Both the position numbers and the translations under genes were made by a program. From an uncultured virus (IMG/VR IMGVR_UViG_3300028920_001041) (lineage: Duplodnaviria; Heunggongvirae; Uroviricota; Caudoviricetes), in the IMG/VR virus record IMGVR_UViG_3300028920_001041: a DNA stretch of 33,994 bases; one strand, 5' to 3'. Shown here piece by piece: positions 15,779-25,125 of this stretch. A model generated the notes under the pieces. That model worked only from the letters and a program-made list of their open reading frames with translations, had not been told where the DNA came from and did not search any database. The first letter of the stretch is position 1. Every line of letters begins with the position of its first letter.

Positions 15779-16639
15779 GTGAATATGTTAATAACAGAGA
15801 AACTTTCAATCTCGAACACTAAGAGATTCTTTCCTAACCAAAAATTGTTTGAGGTGCTATATTACGCTTTTCTTAAAGAAATCAACTTTTGCGAAAGGAG
15901 AGGTAAAAGATTATTTGATAATCATAAAGATCAAATGACTTATTCTTTGAGAGAAGCAGGTAGAACAAAATTTACTGGTTGTAGAATTATAATGTTGTTT
16001 AATATAATATTTGATTTTATGGATTGGAAACCATATGTCAAAACATTTAACTATGTGCTAATTGCAAGATTCATAATAAAGAAATGTAGAGCCGAATGGG
16101 ACCAATTTCGATATACTAGAAAGAAAACAATATTTGATACTAATGATCACAAAATAAGAGTATTATATGGATTGTGGGAGAAAGGGTTATATTTTCAAGA
16201 TTATGAACATACACCAAAAGCTATTAAAAAATTAATGAGTCTAGAGTTGTATGGACGATACTTCCTTCAAAAGTTATTTGATAGAGATTTTCGTGAAGGG
16301 AAGATGCAATACTTTTCAACAAGTAAAAAAGAAGGAGAACCATATTATCAGAGATACTATTATCGACATGGAGAAGTAATAGATTCACATGATGATATAC
16401 ACATCACTGAGGAAGATTATAACACAGTATTTCCTCCACAAGAAGAATATGCATATTTTAATATCAATGTTGATATAACTGGTGCATCTGGAATAGTAAA
16501 CACGTCAGACACATCAGCAACCACATCTGGGTCTACCAATTATGAGCAATACGAGCCTACTTCTGGAGATTCAAATACTATGTATTACAATGGAACAACA
16601 GGAGGTACAGTTACATGGAACATAACGAGAGACTCCTAG
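15779..16639 (+). CDS. Hypothetical protein in the Ubl operon
   Basis: 286-aa ORF, aromatic/basic core and Ser/Thr/Gly-rich tail; start may be the ATG at 15785. Confidence 0.75.
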   Translation: MNMLITEKLSISNTKRFFPNQKLFEVLYYAFLKEINFCERRGKRLFDNHKDQMTYSLREAGRTKFTGCRIIMLFNIIFDFMDWKPYVKTFNYVLIARFIIKKCRAEWDQFRYTRKKTIFDTNDHKIRVLYGLWEKGLYFQDYEHTPKAIKKLMSLELYGRYFLQKLFDRDFREGKMQYFSTSKKEGEPYYQRYYYRHGEVIDSHDDIHITEEDYNTVFPPQEEYAYFNINVDITGASGIVNTSDTSATTSGSTNYEQYEPTSGDSNTMYYNGTTGGTVTWNITRDS

Positions 16640-16977
16640 TAATCGATTTCGATAAACTTGAAACTAATAAAGGAGGAGTACTTAATATAAATGAAGAAAT
16701 TTCATTACGATCCGCGATAATGAATCCAAGAGACCCTATAACAAATGATAACTATAATTTTAGAATGGATAGGTTCAAGGCATTAAAAGCATTACAACGA
16801 CATGTATTTCGGCAAGAAATATCGTTATTCTTCGATCTAATAAATCAATCAGATGATTATACAGATTCAAATCAATACTATGGACCTATAACAAGATATC
16901 GTAAAAGGAGGGGAAGACCATCATGTATAACAGGGTCACAAAGTCTACAATTAGTCTTGAACTTACAAGAAGAGTAA
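16615..16977 (+). CDS. Hypothetical protein in the Ubl operon
   Basis: GGAGGT RBS; overlaps both neighbours. Confidence 0.65.
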   Translation: MEHNERLLVIDFDKLETNKGGVLNINEEISLRSAIMNPRDPITNDNYNFRMDRFKALKALQRHVFRQEISLFFDLINQSDDYTDSNQYYGPITRYRKRRGRPSCITGSQSLQLVLNLQEE

Positions 16978-17840
16978 ATACTGATAACACCCCTTATTAT
17001 GCGATTTTATATCTATTAGCAGATCGAAATAAGATATTAATTGAGAATCCAGATAAGGGAACATGTCGACAGATAGGATTAACAGAAGCAAATAAGTATC
17101 TTAAACTAAACAAAATTAAAACAGAATGGTTTCAAAATATTGATGGGTCATATCTTAGAATTGTAGATAATAACGTAGATCATATTCTGCCTATTACTCG
17201 TGAACTTCAATTAGTGAATGTTAAATTCAATTATAAGCTATCGAACCATCGTGATTTCAACAGAATTCGTCATGTAAAAGAGAAAAATTTTAAACTTGTT
17301 AGAAGACGTTCTTCTACCGGAGATACAACAGAAACTGTAACAATTGATGCCTTCCTTCCTGTATGGCCTATGTGGGTTAGAGTTCGTCGGGAAATTAATG
17401 ATCCAGAAGCATCGTATAAATTACGAACTGTTTATATGAAATATGAAGACCAATTTTATAGGTTTCCATATGGGAATGTAAGCGGAAACGATCAAGTATG
17501 CACTGGTGCTGCAAATAATGGAATCTTCAAAACTGCTGAAGAGCTTTGGATTAACTGGTTTACTACTCAATTCAATAGGGATTATAAACTTAATCTTAAG
17601 GCTAATAAATTCCATTTCAAATTATCTCTAAACGGACGTTCTGGATCTGAAGACATTGCAATTGAGCCTACATTTGACCTTAATGAAATATCATTAAAAC
17701 TCTATACTAAGAGTTATAAAAATCTAAGTTTAATTGATATGTTCTACTATTTAACTAATGTTGAAGAGTTTGATAATCTTGAAATGGATAAACTCTTTAT
17801 TAAATTACCACAGAAACCTTGGGAACCTAAAAAGATATAA
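16923..17840 (+). CDS. Prokaryotic E2 family D-like conjugating enzyme (PRTRC protein B-like)
   Basis: FYRFPYGNVSGNDQVCTG with the predicted catalytic Cys, then WFTTQFNRD; adjacent to JAB and E1. Confidence 0.8.
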   Translation: MYNRVTKSTISLELTRRVNTDNTPYYAILYLLADRNKILIENPDKGTCRQIGLTEANKYLKLNKIKTEWFQNIDGSYLRIVDNNVDHILPITRELQLVNVKFNYKLSNHRDFNRIRHVKEKNFKLVRRRSSTGDTTETVTIDAFLPVWPMWVRVRREINDPEASYKLRTVYMKYEDQFYRFPYGNVSGNDQVCTGAANNGIFKTAEELWINWFTTQFNRDYKLNLKANKFHFKLSLNGRSGSEDIAIEPTFDLNEISLKLYTKSYKNLSLIDMFYYLTNVEEFDNLEMDKLFIKLPQKPWEPKKI

Positions 17841-17853
17841 TGGAGGATATATT

Positions 17854-18888
17854 ATGATGGATCTAAATGAAATTAATGAACACTCAATTATTAATGTCTT
17901 ATTTGATCAAGAAGATAAGCCTATTGATGCTAATCAACTTGATTATCTAAACCTTGTATTCACAAGGGATGGAATATTCCTCGTCCAAAAAAATAGATTC
18001 GGTATTTCATTCGAAAGAATTGAACAAGCATACAAGAACAGAGCACTTCGTAGATATAGATTTAAATGGGCTACTGAATCGTTTCTTCCGAAACCTAATA
18101 AATCTATGTTTGAAGATATTCTCGAGTGTTTTAAATACATCGTAGGTCAAACAAACGATGAGCTTTTAATTATTATATACTATGACACAGTTGAAAAGAA
18201 ACACATTATGGATATTGTTAAAGTTCAACTTATATCCGGTGGCGCTGTTAAATATGCATATAATAAAGCATACGAGATGGAAGATAGATATATTAAATAT
18301 CTCGAAATCCATAGTCACAATACTATGAGTGCGGGGTTTAGTGGTACTGATAACAATGATGAGAAGAAATACCTGTACTTTTGTGGTGTCATTGGTAAGA
18401 TTAATGAACATAGTAATATTTATTCTGTCGATCAAGCATTTAGAATTTGGACCGGTAAAGAATTTCGTGTAATCCAACCCTGGGAAGTATTCGATTCATA
18501 TATGAAAACAACCCCTATTAGAGATGAGCATAAAAATCAAATGGATGAAATTTTAAGAATATCAAAAGCTGCATCAGAGTTAAAGAAATCTATGACACCT
18601 GGGGTAGCAGGTCAACAATTTCTTGGAGCTGGGTTTCATAAACTTTCGAACGGTAGAGAAATCGAAGTCCTTGAAGACAACGTGTTTCCTAAAATACCTA
18701 ATCTGTTTGAGACATTCTTTTCTCCGGAAGAATTAGCGGAGCTTGATGACGATGAACTTGATGAAACAGATATTATATGGGACAACTACAACGCTGACGA
18801 GAAAGAGATGCTTAAAGAATTAATAGAGGCTGATAATAATGGAAGAGGAGTAGCTAATGTCTTTAATCGACCATTACAGAAGGATTAA
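17854..18888 (+). CDS. JAB/MPN+ metallopeptidase (PRTRC protein A-like) with an acidic tail
   Basis: NDELLIII and EIHSHNTMSAGFSGTDNNDE (HxH..S..D). GGAGG RBS supports a start at 17854 rather than 17758. Confidence 0.9.
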   Translation: MMDLNEINEHSIINVLFDQEDKPIDANQLDYLNLVFTRDGIFLVQKNRFGISFERIEQAYKNRALRRYRFKWATESFLPKPNKSMFEDILECFKYIVGQTNDELLIIIYYDTVEKKHIMDIVKVQLISGGAVKYAYNKAYEMEDRYIKYLEIHSHNTMSAGFSGTDNNDEKKYLYFCGVIGKINEHSNIYSVDQAFRIWTGKEFRVIQPWEVFDSYMKTTPIRDEHKNQMDEILRISKAASELKKSMTPGVAGQQFLGAGFHKLSNGREIEVLEDNVFPKIPNLFETFFSPEELAELDDDELDETDIIWDNYNADEKEMLKELIEADNNGRGVANVFNRPLQKD

Positions 18889-19666
18889 TGTATTTCAATT
18901 TGGTGTAGGAGGAACCGGCTCTTGGTTGGTTTCTCCTATGTGTAAATTTCTCAATAATATGACTAGAAGATTTGGTGCTGAAATGTTATTAACGAACTAC
19001 CTTCTATTTGATGATGATATTGTATCAGAAGAAAATATTATTCGACAGAATTTTGATAATCATGATATCGGTAGATCAAAGGTTATGGCTCTTATTCGTA
19101 AATATGCTCATGTATATGAAAAAATGGTAGGAATACGAGAAAGAGTTAATACAAAAGCAAAATTAGATAAAATATTTAAACACGGTAAATATAAATCTGT
19201 TTCTATGGAGTATGCTGCTAATTTCGTATTCGGATGTAGCGACAATAACAAAACAAGAAGATGTCTATTTAATTATTTTACTAAATATCTTAAATTCAAA
19301 TCGCCTGTCATATATTTCGATAGTGGTAATGATGTTCATCATGGTCAAATTGTGACTACCGCATTTGAAGAGGTCGAAGAATATGAAGGATTAAGTCCTG
19401 AATTTCTAAGAGGTCTTAAATTAATGAATTTCAGAAATGGTAAAAGATTCGAACAACCAAAGTTTTTAAAGATGTTCCCTGCTAAAAATGATAGAATGGA
19501 ACAAGAAAACGAGACATGTGCTTTCTTCGGAGATCAAACTCAATCTGTTAATATGCTCGCTGCAAACATGTTATTTATAAACTTTCAGCAAGCAATATTA
19601 CAAGCGATGTTACCTCCACCAGTGATTAATTTTAATAACGCTGGATACAGTACATTTGAACTTTAA
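18857..19666 (+). CDS. ThiF/E1-like ubiquitin-activating enzyme
   Basis: GVGGTGSW, DDDIVSEENIIRQNF, IGRSKV, GCSDNNKTR, YFDSGN, ETCA (candidate catalytic Cys). Confidence 0.92.
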   Translation: MSLIDHYRRINVFQFGVGGTGSWLVSPMCKFLNNMTRRFGAEMLLTNYLLFDDDIVSEENIIRQNFDNHDIGRSKVMALIRKYAHVYEKMVGIRERVNTKAKLDKIFKHGKYKSVSMEYAANFVFGCSDNNKTRRCLFNYFTKYLKFKSPVIYFDSGNDVHHGQIVTTAFEEVEEYEGLSPEFLRGLKLMNFRNGKRFEQPKFLKMFPAKNDRMEQENETCAFFGDQTQSVNMLAANMLFINFQQAILQAMLPPPVINFNNAGYSTFEL

Positions 19667-19691
19667 TATTCTATATATTCATATAGAAATC
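19662..19691 (+). promoter_or_regulatory. Putative class B promoter
   Basis: TTTAATATTCTA-N6-CATATAGAAATC. Confidence 0.6.
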
Positions 19692-19713
19692 GTAAATGTA
19701 AGGAGGTAATACT

Positions 19714-19944
19714 ATGCCATTAGTAACAGAATTATTCGCTTTTATTGCAGAAGAAGAACCGGGGGAAGAGGGCGTAATGGGCGTAATGGTTAATGGAACC
19801 TGGACACCGCTAATTGGTGCAGATATGAATAGAATACATTCATTAAAACCGATTGCGGATCAAATATCAGAAGCCTCAAGGCTACCTTATAAACTATTAC
19901 ACTTTAAACTGGAGGGTGAAATCACAGATCTAACAAAGATCTAA
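19714..19944 (+). CDS. Small hypothetical phage protein with its own transcription unit
   Basis: AAGGAGGT RBS; flanked by the promoter motif and a terminator. Confidence 0.85.
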   Translation: MPLVTELFAFIAEEEPGEEGVMGVMVNGTWTPLIGADMNRIHSLKPIADQISEASRLPYKLLHFKLEGEITDLTKI

Positions 19945-19953
19945 CTTCAATAT

Positions 19954-19998
19954 GAAAATTGGGGGAGCCAAGCCTCCCCCGATCTTCAAAATATTTTT
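19954..19998 (+). terminator. Intrinsic terminator
   Basis: ATTGGGGGAG-ccaagc-CTCCCCCGAT hairpin. Confidence 0.7.
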
Positions 19999-20077
19999 AT
20001 AATTTATCGGTCATAGTACTGGTGTTTTCCATGCATTTGTAACTACTTTAATTTATTAGAGAAAAACTAAGGAAATT

Positions 20078-20099
20078 TTTCAACTAATATAAAGAAATA
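20078..20099 (+). promoter_or_regulatory. Putative class A promoter
   Basis: TTTC-N6-TATAAAGAAATA. Confidence 0.55.
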
Positions 20100-20187
20100 A
20101 TAATATGTGAGTATAGATTAATTTTCCTAATAAATTTTCTAATCTTAAAAAGGAGGAACTATTACCAGTACTATAAGTATCAACAAC

Positions 20188-21207
20188 ATGGCAGAAATGA
20201 CAATTCATTTAATAGGACCAAGCTACTTCACTAATGATGTTGTTGAGTGTGTCCAAATATGGATTCCCGGTGCAGGTAAATCAACAGTTCAATCAAAGAT
20301 GACCGACCTTAAAAATTCTGGAAAAGTTGAAGAAATTGGTAGATTCAATCGAATGCCATATGAATCAAAAACAAAGTTATGGAGAAATATCACAAACGAA
20401 CCATATTATATATGTACTAATAAGGAATTTGTTCTTAAAAGTGGTGATAAAACTATTAAACAAGTTTTCAGAGATAGCCTTAAATGGATGATATTACCAT
20501 TTCAAAGAGAAGGATTATTTCTTGTAGTTGATGATACTATGAGAAACAGATACGGTAAAACCGTTAGTAGAAAAACATTACTTCAATATTGGAAAGAATC
20601 AATTGATGCAGGAGTAGCTAAAGAATTTGATTGTTCTACATTCAACCCATATGATATTAGACCTGCCGATTTATTTAAACAAAAGACGGAAATTAATAAC
20701 GATATTCAACAAGAGGTTCCAAATCCCCCAGAAACTTACACATTAACAGAGGATATTGATCAACCAAAAGAATCGAACAACAATCATATATATGGTAGAA
20801 CGTTCACAGATGAAGAGATAAAGTTACTTCCTGGTAACGAACTCTCTCTTGCAAGTTTATATGAATGTGCTACAGATCATATTCCAATTAATAATAAAAG
20901 TAGTTTATTGGCTATAGATATTGTAGGTGTAGTATTTAAAGATCATGTTGTGATTGAAAACAAATTTAAAGAAGCTAAAGAAATAATTAAACAACTCATA
21001 ATGAAAAATGGTAAACAATCAACTCAAATTGCTACATTAACTCAAAAGAACGAAGATCTTGAAACAAAAGAAGAATTAAGACTTAAAGAAGAATTAAGAC
21101 TTTTAGCAACAACAAATAAAAAAGAAACAAAAGCAACCCTTCCTACTACTCCATTTAACTTTACAGATAGAGTTAAGCAATTTGTAGGAATCACTGCTAC
21201 CGCGTAA
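20188..21207 (+). CDS. Hypothetical protein with a C-terminal coiled coil
   Basis: 339-aa ORF. Confidence 0.8.
   Translation: MAEMTIHLIGPSYFTNDVVECVQIWIPGAGKSTVQSKMTDLKNSGKVEEIGRFNRMPYESKTKLWRNITNEPYYICTNKEFVLKSGDKTIKQVFRDSLKWMILPFQREGLFLVVDDTMRNRYGKTVSRKTLLQYWKESIDAGVAKEFDCSTFNPYDIRPADLFKQKTEINNDIQQEVPNPPETYTLTEDIDQPKESNNNHIYGRTFTDEEIKLLPGNELSLASLYECATDHIPINNKSSLLAIDIVGVVFKDHVVIENKFKEAKEIIKQLIMKNGKQSTQIATLTQKNEDLETKEELRLKEELRLLATTNKKETKATLPTTPFNFTDRVKQFVGITATA
21067..21102 (+). repeat. 18-bp perfect tandem duplication (KEELRL x2)
   Basis: AAAGAAGAATTAAGACTT occurs twice, in frame. Confidence 0.9.
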
Positions 21208-21216
21208 GGAGTTAAT

Positions 21217-21630
21217 ATGTTCAGTTTAGAACAACTACGAGATCTTTGTCAAGAAGTAGATAATTATTTTACGGAGATCACAAAGATCACAAAAAACAAT
21301 ACAGGTCAAGATGAAAACGATTCAAATGATAAGGTTAGAGCTGTCTTGTCGAAATTAGAAGAGGCATTCTCCGAAATGTTTGAAAAGGATAACTCTATTC
21401 TAAATAAGAATCATTTTACATTCGTCTGTAACGGTAAAGTGTTTGCTATATACTTTTACTTAAATATGTTAACCATAAACGACTGTCAACATATAATGAT
21501 CAGTGAAAAGTTAAGTCAGATTCCGTTTGTGTTTGATCAATTTACACCTGCACATACATTCATATTTGAAAACTGTAACCCGGAGGGGGCTTTCCTTCTT
21601 GAGAAAGTCCTCTTCAAAGAGCATATTTAG
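21217..21630 (+). CDS. Hypothetical protein
   Basis: AAGGAG RBS, 137 aa. Confidence 0.8.
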   Translation: MFSLEQLRDLCQEVDNYFTEITKITKNNTGQDENDSNDKVRAVLSKLEEAFSEMFEKDNSILNKNHFTFVCNGKVFAIYFYLNMLTINDCQHIMISEKLSQIPFVFDQFTPAHTFIFENCNPEGAFLLEKVLFKEHI

Positions 21631-21638
21631 GAGGTAAT

Positions 21639-22160
21639 GTGGGAATAGGATTAATTCAGGCATTTCATTATGAAACAGATGATAAGGCCGCCTTTTTAAC
21701 AGTTATCGATACTATTTGTAAAGTTGTATTTCCTGTTCTTAAGAGTGAATATATTACATTATTTATTAGTACTCTTGAACGAGGATTCAGTAACGGCAGA
21801 AAATGGATTGGACCAAAAGAATTGTCCGCATCCGATCCGAAAGGGTGGTCTAAACCAAAAAGATTCTTTATATGTACTATTAAAGATTATAAAACTGATC
21901 TTAAAGTAGAAAGTGGACATGCTATTATTATTAATAACCATGACGAAATTATTAAGCATGTTGATGGGCTTTTAGATGATAACCCAAATTTTAAACAGAC
22001 TCTAGATGAAAGATTTATTGAAAAGTGCGGGCACGGATACACTGATTGGTTTATGTCTTCAGATGGGGATGTAGATAATGGGTACTGTGTATCTCATCGT
22101 CCCTCCGGAGGATGGAATAATTTCGATATATCATTAACTCACATGTATTATGGAAAGTAA
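21639..22160 (+). CDS. Hypothetical phage protein
   Basis: AGGAGGT RBS, GTG start; ends HMYYGK. Confidence 0.8.
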   Translation: MGIGLIQAFHYETDDKAAFLTVIDTICKVVFPVLKSEYITLFISTLERGFSNGRKWIGPKELSASDPKGWSKPKRFFICTIKDYKTDLKVESGHAIIINNHDEIIKHVDGLLDDNPNFKQTLDERFIEKCGHGYTDWFMSSDGDVDNGYCVSHRPSGGWNNFDISLTHMYYGK

Positions 22161-22171
22161 GGAGAAATTGG

Positions 22172-22651
22172 ATGCGTATTAAAAAAATAGATATACCCCC
22201 TGGTATTAAAGAATACAGAGGCAATAAGAAAATGTTAAAAAAAATTGAACTCTATAAAATCAACAGACGTAAATTTAAAGATAATAAAATCGCAGTCAAA
22301 GAAACTGGATTATCAGATCGATCTATTAGACGATTAAATCTTATATTTAAACATGGATCAAAATTAACTATTGATAATGTTTTAGCAGGCATAATAACAT
22401 TAGCACATGCAGAAAAACATATTAGATCGACATTAAATCAAATTAAAAAAAGAGCTGAGTACATGAAAAAAAACGGAAACGGTATCAAATTAGTGCACGA
22501 TAAGACTGGGAATAAATTACCAGAACAATATTCTAAATACAAGCATGAATTCTGGAATCAAATAAGATTAGCAAAAATGAATAAGTATGAATACATTAGT
22601 AAAGATACAATCTCCGCTGACTTGGATAACATGATGGCATTAATAGATTAA
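22172..22651 (+). CDS. Basic helix-turn-helix protein (ParB-associated type HTH)
   Basis: IAVKETGLSDRSIRRLNLIFKHG...VLAGIITLAHA. Confidence 0.6.
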   Translation: MRIKKIDIPPGIKEYRGNKKMLKKIELYKINRRKFKDNKIAVKETGLSDRSIRRLNLIFKHGSKLTIDNVLAGIITLAHAEKHIRSTLNQIKKRAEYMKKNGNGIKLVHDKTGNKLPEQYSKYKHEFWNQIRLAKMNKYEYISKDTISADLDNMMALID

Positions 22652-22667
22652 TAAAAGGAGAAAAAGA

Positions 22668-23636
22668 ATGGCATTTATTAAGAAAACCCCTTATCTTGAA
22701 CTTAATTTTACACCAAAAGATGCGGATGAATCTTTAAAGTACAATACTTTAATTGAGCAAAGGACAATGGATAATAAACACCAAGGTCATTTAGGTAAAC
22801 TAATCAAAAATGGAAGAGATCTAGAATTTAGTATCGGATATGTTTATATCAAAGGACAAGATCCTGAGATTACAAAAATAATGATTAATGGGCAAAATAG
22901 TTGTTCTGCAATTCTTAAATCAGGTAAACCTGTTGTTGCTCTAATCAGATATTTTGAATGTGATAGTGAAGCGGATTTTGCTGATGTCTATTCACTCTAT
23001 GACACTGATAATAAAATGAGATCTCTTGCTGACATTTTTAGAGCTCATAGGCAATCTCTTGAACTTACAGATATTCCAAAAGCCACAGTAAGTATATCAT
23101 CTAGAGCTATGATTGACATTAAAAAATGGAATGATAAAGCTAAAAGTGAAAGAGGAGCAATTGTTAAATCAGTTATAAGAGAAATTAGATTTATAAACGA
23201 AATATTCCCAACTAAAGCGGTACATTTTGAAGATAAACAAATGTTGTTTCATAAGTTTATTGTTATCTGCATGATTAGATCTTGGATGGCTAACAAAGAA
23301 CACTCTGAGATATTCTGGAAAAAGGTTCGTGATGGTCTTTTCTCCACACACGATGATCCTAGATTGCTTCTAAGAAACTTTGTTATGAGATTAAGATGGG
23401 TTCAAGGTATCCCTTTATACAAAGAGCAGCAGCTTAGTTTTGAAATGCTTGAGCATAGAATTATAAAAGCATGGAACGCATACATGAAAAGTAAAGGACT
23501 CAATGACCTTAAAGTTGACGAAAATACTTCTCCTTTACCTAAATATCAAAAAACTTTTGTGCCTAAAAAAACAAAAACTGTTAACGCAAATGAGGGCATC
23601 ACTACACCAGTGAGATCACAAGTTACTATACAATGA
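22668..23636 (+). CDS. Phage ParB-N/DGQHR-like protein with a degenerate motif
   Basis: FTPKDADESL, MINGQNSCSAILKSG (compare LIDGQHRLxAI), DTDNKMRSLADIF. Confidence 0.55.
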   Translation: MAFIKKTPYLELNFTPKDADESLKYNTLIEQRTMDNKHQGHLGKLIKNGRDLEFSIGYVYIKGQDPEITKIMINGQNSCSAILKSGKPVVALIRYFECDSEADFADVYSLYDTDNKMRSLADIFRAHRQSLELTDIPKATVSISSRAMIDIKKWNDKAKSERGAIVKSVIREIRFINEIFPTKAVHFEDKQMLFHKFIVICMIRSWMANKEHSEIFWKKVRDGLFSTHDDPRLLLRNFVMRLRWVQGIPLYKEQQLSFEMLEHRIIKAWNAYMKSKGLNDLKVDENTSPLPKYQKTFVPKKTKTVNANEGITTPVRSQVTIQ

Positions 23637-23648
23637 TGGGGAATAGAA

Positions 23649-23762
23649 ATGAAAGAATGGTTTAAGAAATTCTGGAGACAGTTAAAGTGTAGACATAAGA
23701 ATCAAACACCTGGTTTTCATTGTTACACTTGTAACGATTGTGGTAAAATTATATGGGATTAA
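23649..23762 (+). CDS. 37-aa Cys/His peptide (absent from the ORF track)
   Basis: MKEWFKKFWRQLKCRHKNQTPGFHCYTCNDCGKIIWD; GGGGA upstream. Confidence 0.7.
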   Translation: MKEWFKKFWRQLKCRHKNQTPGFHCYTCNDCGKIIWD

Positions 23763-23766
23763 TACA

Positions 23767-23895
23767 ATGAACTGGTTAATATTCGAAATTAAGCTTAGAG
23801 ATCGCAGCTGGAAGAGAATAGGATTTTTTAAATGGTTATGGCGAAGAAGAAAATACGTTACTAAAATTAGATGGATCAAAATGGGGGAGGAATGA
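23767..23895 (+). CDS. 42-aa Trp-rich cationic peptide (absent from the ORF track)
   Basis: MNWLIFEIKLRDRSWKRIGFFKWLWRRRKYVTKIRWIKMGEE; ATGA coupling to the next ORF. Confidence 0.7.
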   Translation: MNWLIFEIKLRDRSWKRIGFFKWLWRRRKYVTKIRWIKMGEE

Positions 23896-24053
23896 AATGC
23901 ATTTCACTACTTTTTAAAGCCCGTCCTATATTCTATCTTAGGAGAGGGCATTGGGGGGAAGGAGGATGGGTTAAAGTCAATTGGTTTAATTGGTTTCACC
24001 ATCATCAAGACTATACAAATAGAATTCGATGGATCAAAAAGAAACGCAATTGA
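23892..24053 (+). CDS. Trp-rich cationic peptide, paralog of the upstream ORF
   Basis: GGAGG RBS; MKCISLLFK...WVKVNWFNWFHHHQDYTNRIRWIKKKRN. Confidence 0.7.
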   Translation: MKCISLLFKARPIFYLRRGHWGEGGWVKVNWFNWFHHHQDYTNRIRWIKKKRN

Positions 24054-24059
24054 TAGGAG

Positions 24060-24091
24060 TAGGGCCGTTTAACGCGGCCCTAATCCATTTT
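24060..24091 (+). terminator. Intrinsic terminator
   Basis: TAGGGCCG-tttaacg-CGGCCCTA followed by ATCCATTTT. Confidence 0.75.
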
Positions 24092-24117
24092 ATATTTTCA
24101 AAAGATATAGAGAAATA
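24088..24117 (+). promoter_or_regulatory. Putative class A promoter of the primase operon
   Basis: TTTC-N6-TATAGAGAAATA. Confidence 0.6.
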
Positions 24118-24165
24118 GTAATTATATAGTAATTATTTTTGTAAATGATTCAGGAGGAGATCTGA

Positions 24166-25125
24166 ATGTATGAATTAAAAAAGATAACTCCAGCTGTACG
24201 ACATATTCAAAAGGTGTCTCCTAATATGTTCAGAGATACGGGTGGGGAATACCAAATTCACTGTCCGTTTTGTGACGACGCTCAAAGAAAAAACGCAAGT
24301 TCTCACGGACATATGTATCTCGCACATAATTCGCCTGTTTTTAATTGTTTCAGATGCGATACGAGCGGCACAATCTTGAGGTTTTTGATTGAGACAGGGT
24401 TTACCGACGCCGAAGTGTTGAAATATATTGCGTCTTTCATTCAATATCGATTCATAAAAAATTATTCTAAAAGATCTATTGTTTCCAACATAAATATTCA
24501 TGATTTATACAAACAAAATATACAAAGGGTAACTCAATTTAAAAAGAATAGTAAGGAGAACTTTAATATTTTTCGAAAGTATATATCAGGACGAATAGGT
24601 AATGTTGATTATAATCAATTTCTTATTTATCCAACAATGCTTAGATTAAAAGATCGAGAATATTTCTGCTGTGGTTTCAATAACAGTGATAATGAATATA
24701 TTACAAGTAGATTTGTTGAACCACATCCTTATTTTAGATATAAGAACAGTGATGAGAATAATCTATATTACTTTCAGCCAAGAGATTTTAATAGATACAA
24801 TCAGATTGTTATGACGGAAGGTGTGTTTGATATTATCAATTTATATCTATACTCTAATTTATTTAAAGATTGTTTATTTATGTCGATTAGTGGTAAGAAA
24901 TATCTTTCTGAATTGGAAGCACTATTAACTAAATCTATTCTAATCGGCAATTATCAGATCAATTTGATATTTGATCTAGATTTTAAGAATCCAAAATTTA
25001 CCCTTGTAAGATGCATAAGACTGGCATCTCACTACAATCAAAATGTTGTCGTGAGAGGATTTACTCCAATAAATCCATTTAATGACACAGGAGACTTTCC
25101 GCAAGTTACGGAGATAGAATTATGA
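24166..25125 (+). CDS. DnaG-type phage DNA primase
   Basis: Zn finger CPFC..H..CFRC; TOPRIM motifs MTEGVFD and IFDLD. Confidence 0.85.
   Translation: MYELKKITPAVRHIQKVSPNMFRDTGGEYQIHCPFCDDAQRKNASSHGHMYLAHNSPVFNCFRCDTSGTILRFLIETGFTDAEVLKYIASFIQYRFIKNYSKRSIVSNINIHDLYKQNIQRVTQFKKNSKENFNIFRKYISGRIGNVDYNQFLIYPTMLRLKDREYFCCGFNNSDNEYITSRFVEPHPYFRYKNSDENNLYYFQPRDFNRYNQIVMTEGVFDIINLYLYSNLFKDCLFMSISGKKYLSELEALLTKSILIGNYQINLIFDLDFKNPKFTLVRCIRLASHYNQNVVVRGFTPINPFNDTGDFPQVTEIEL

Noticed and set aside
18857..19666. Thiamine or molybdopterin biosynthesis ThiF/MoeB
   Set aside because: Lacks the paired CxxC Zn motifs and biosynthetic neighbours; the context is E2/JAB/Ubl.
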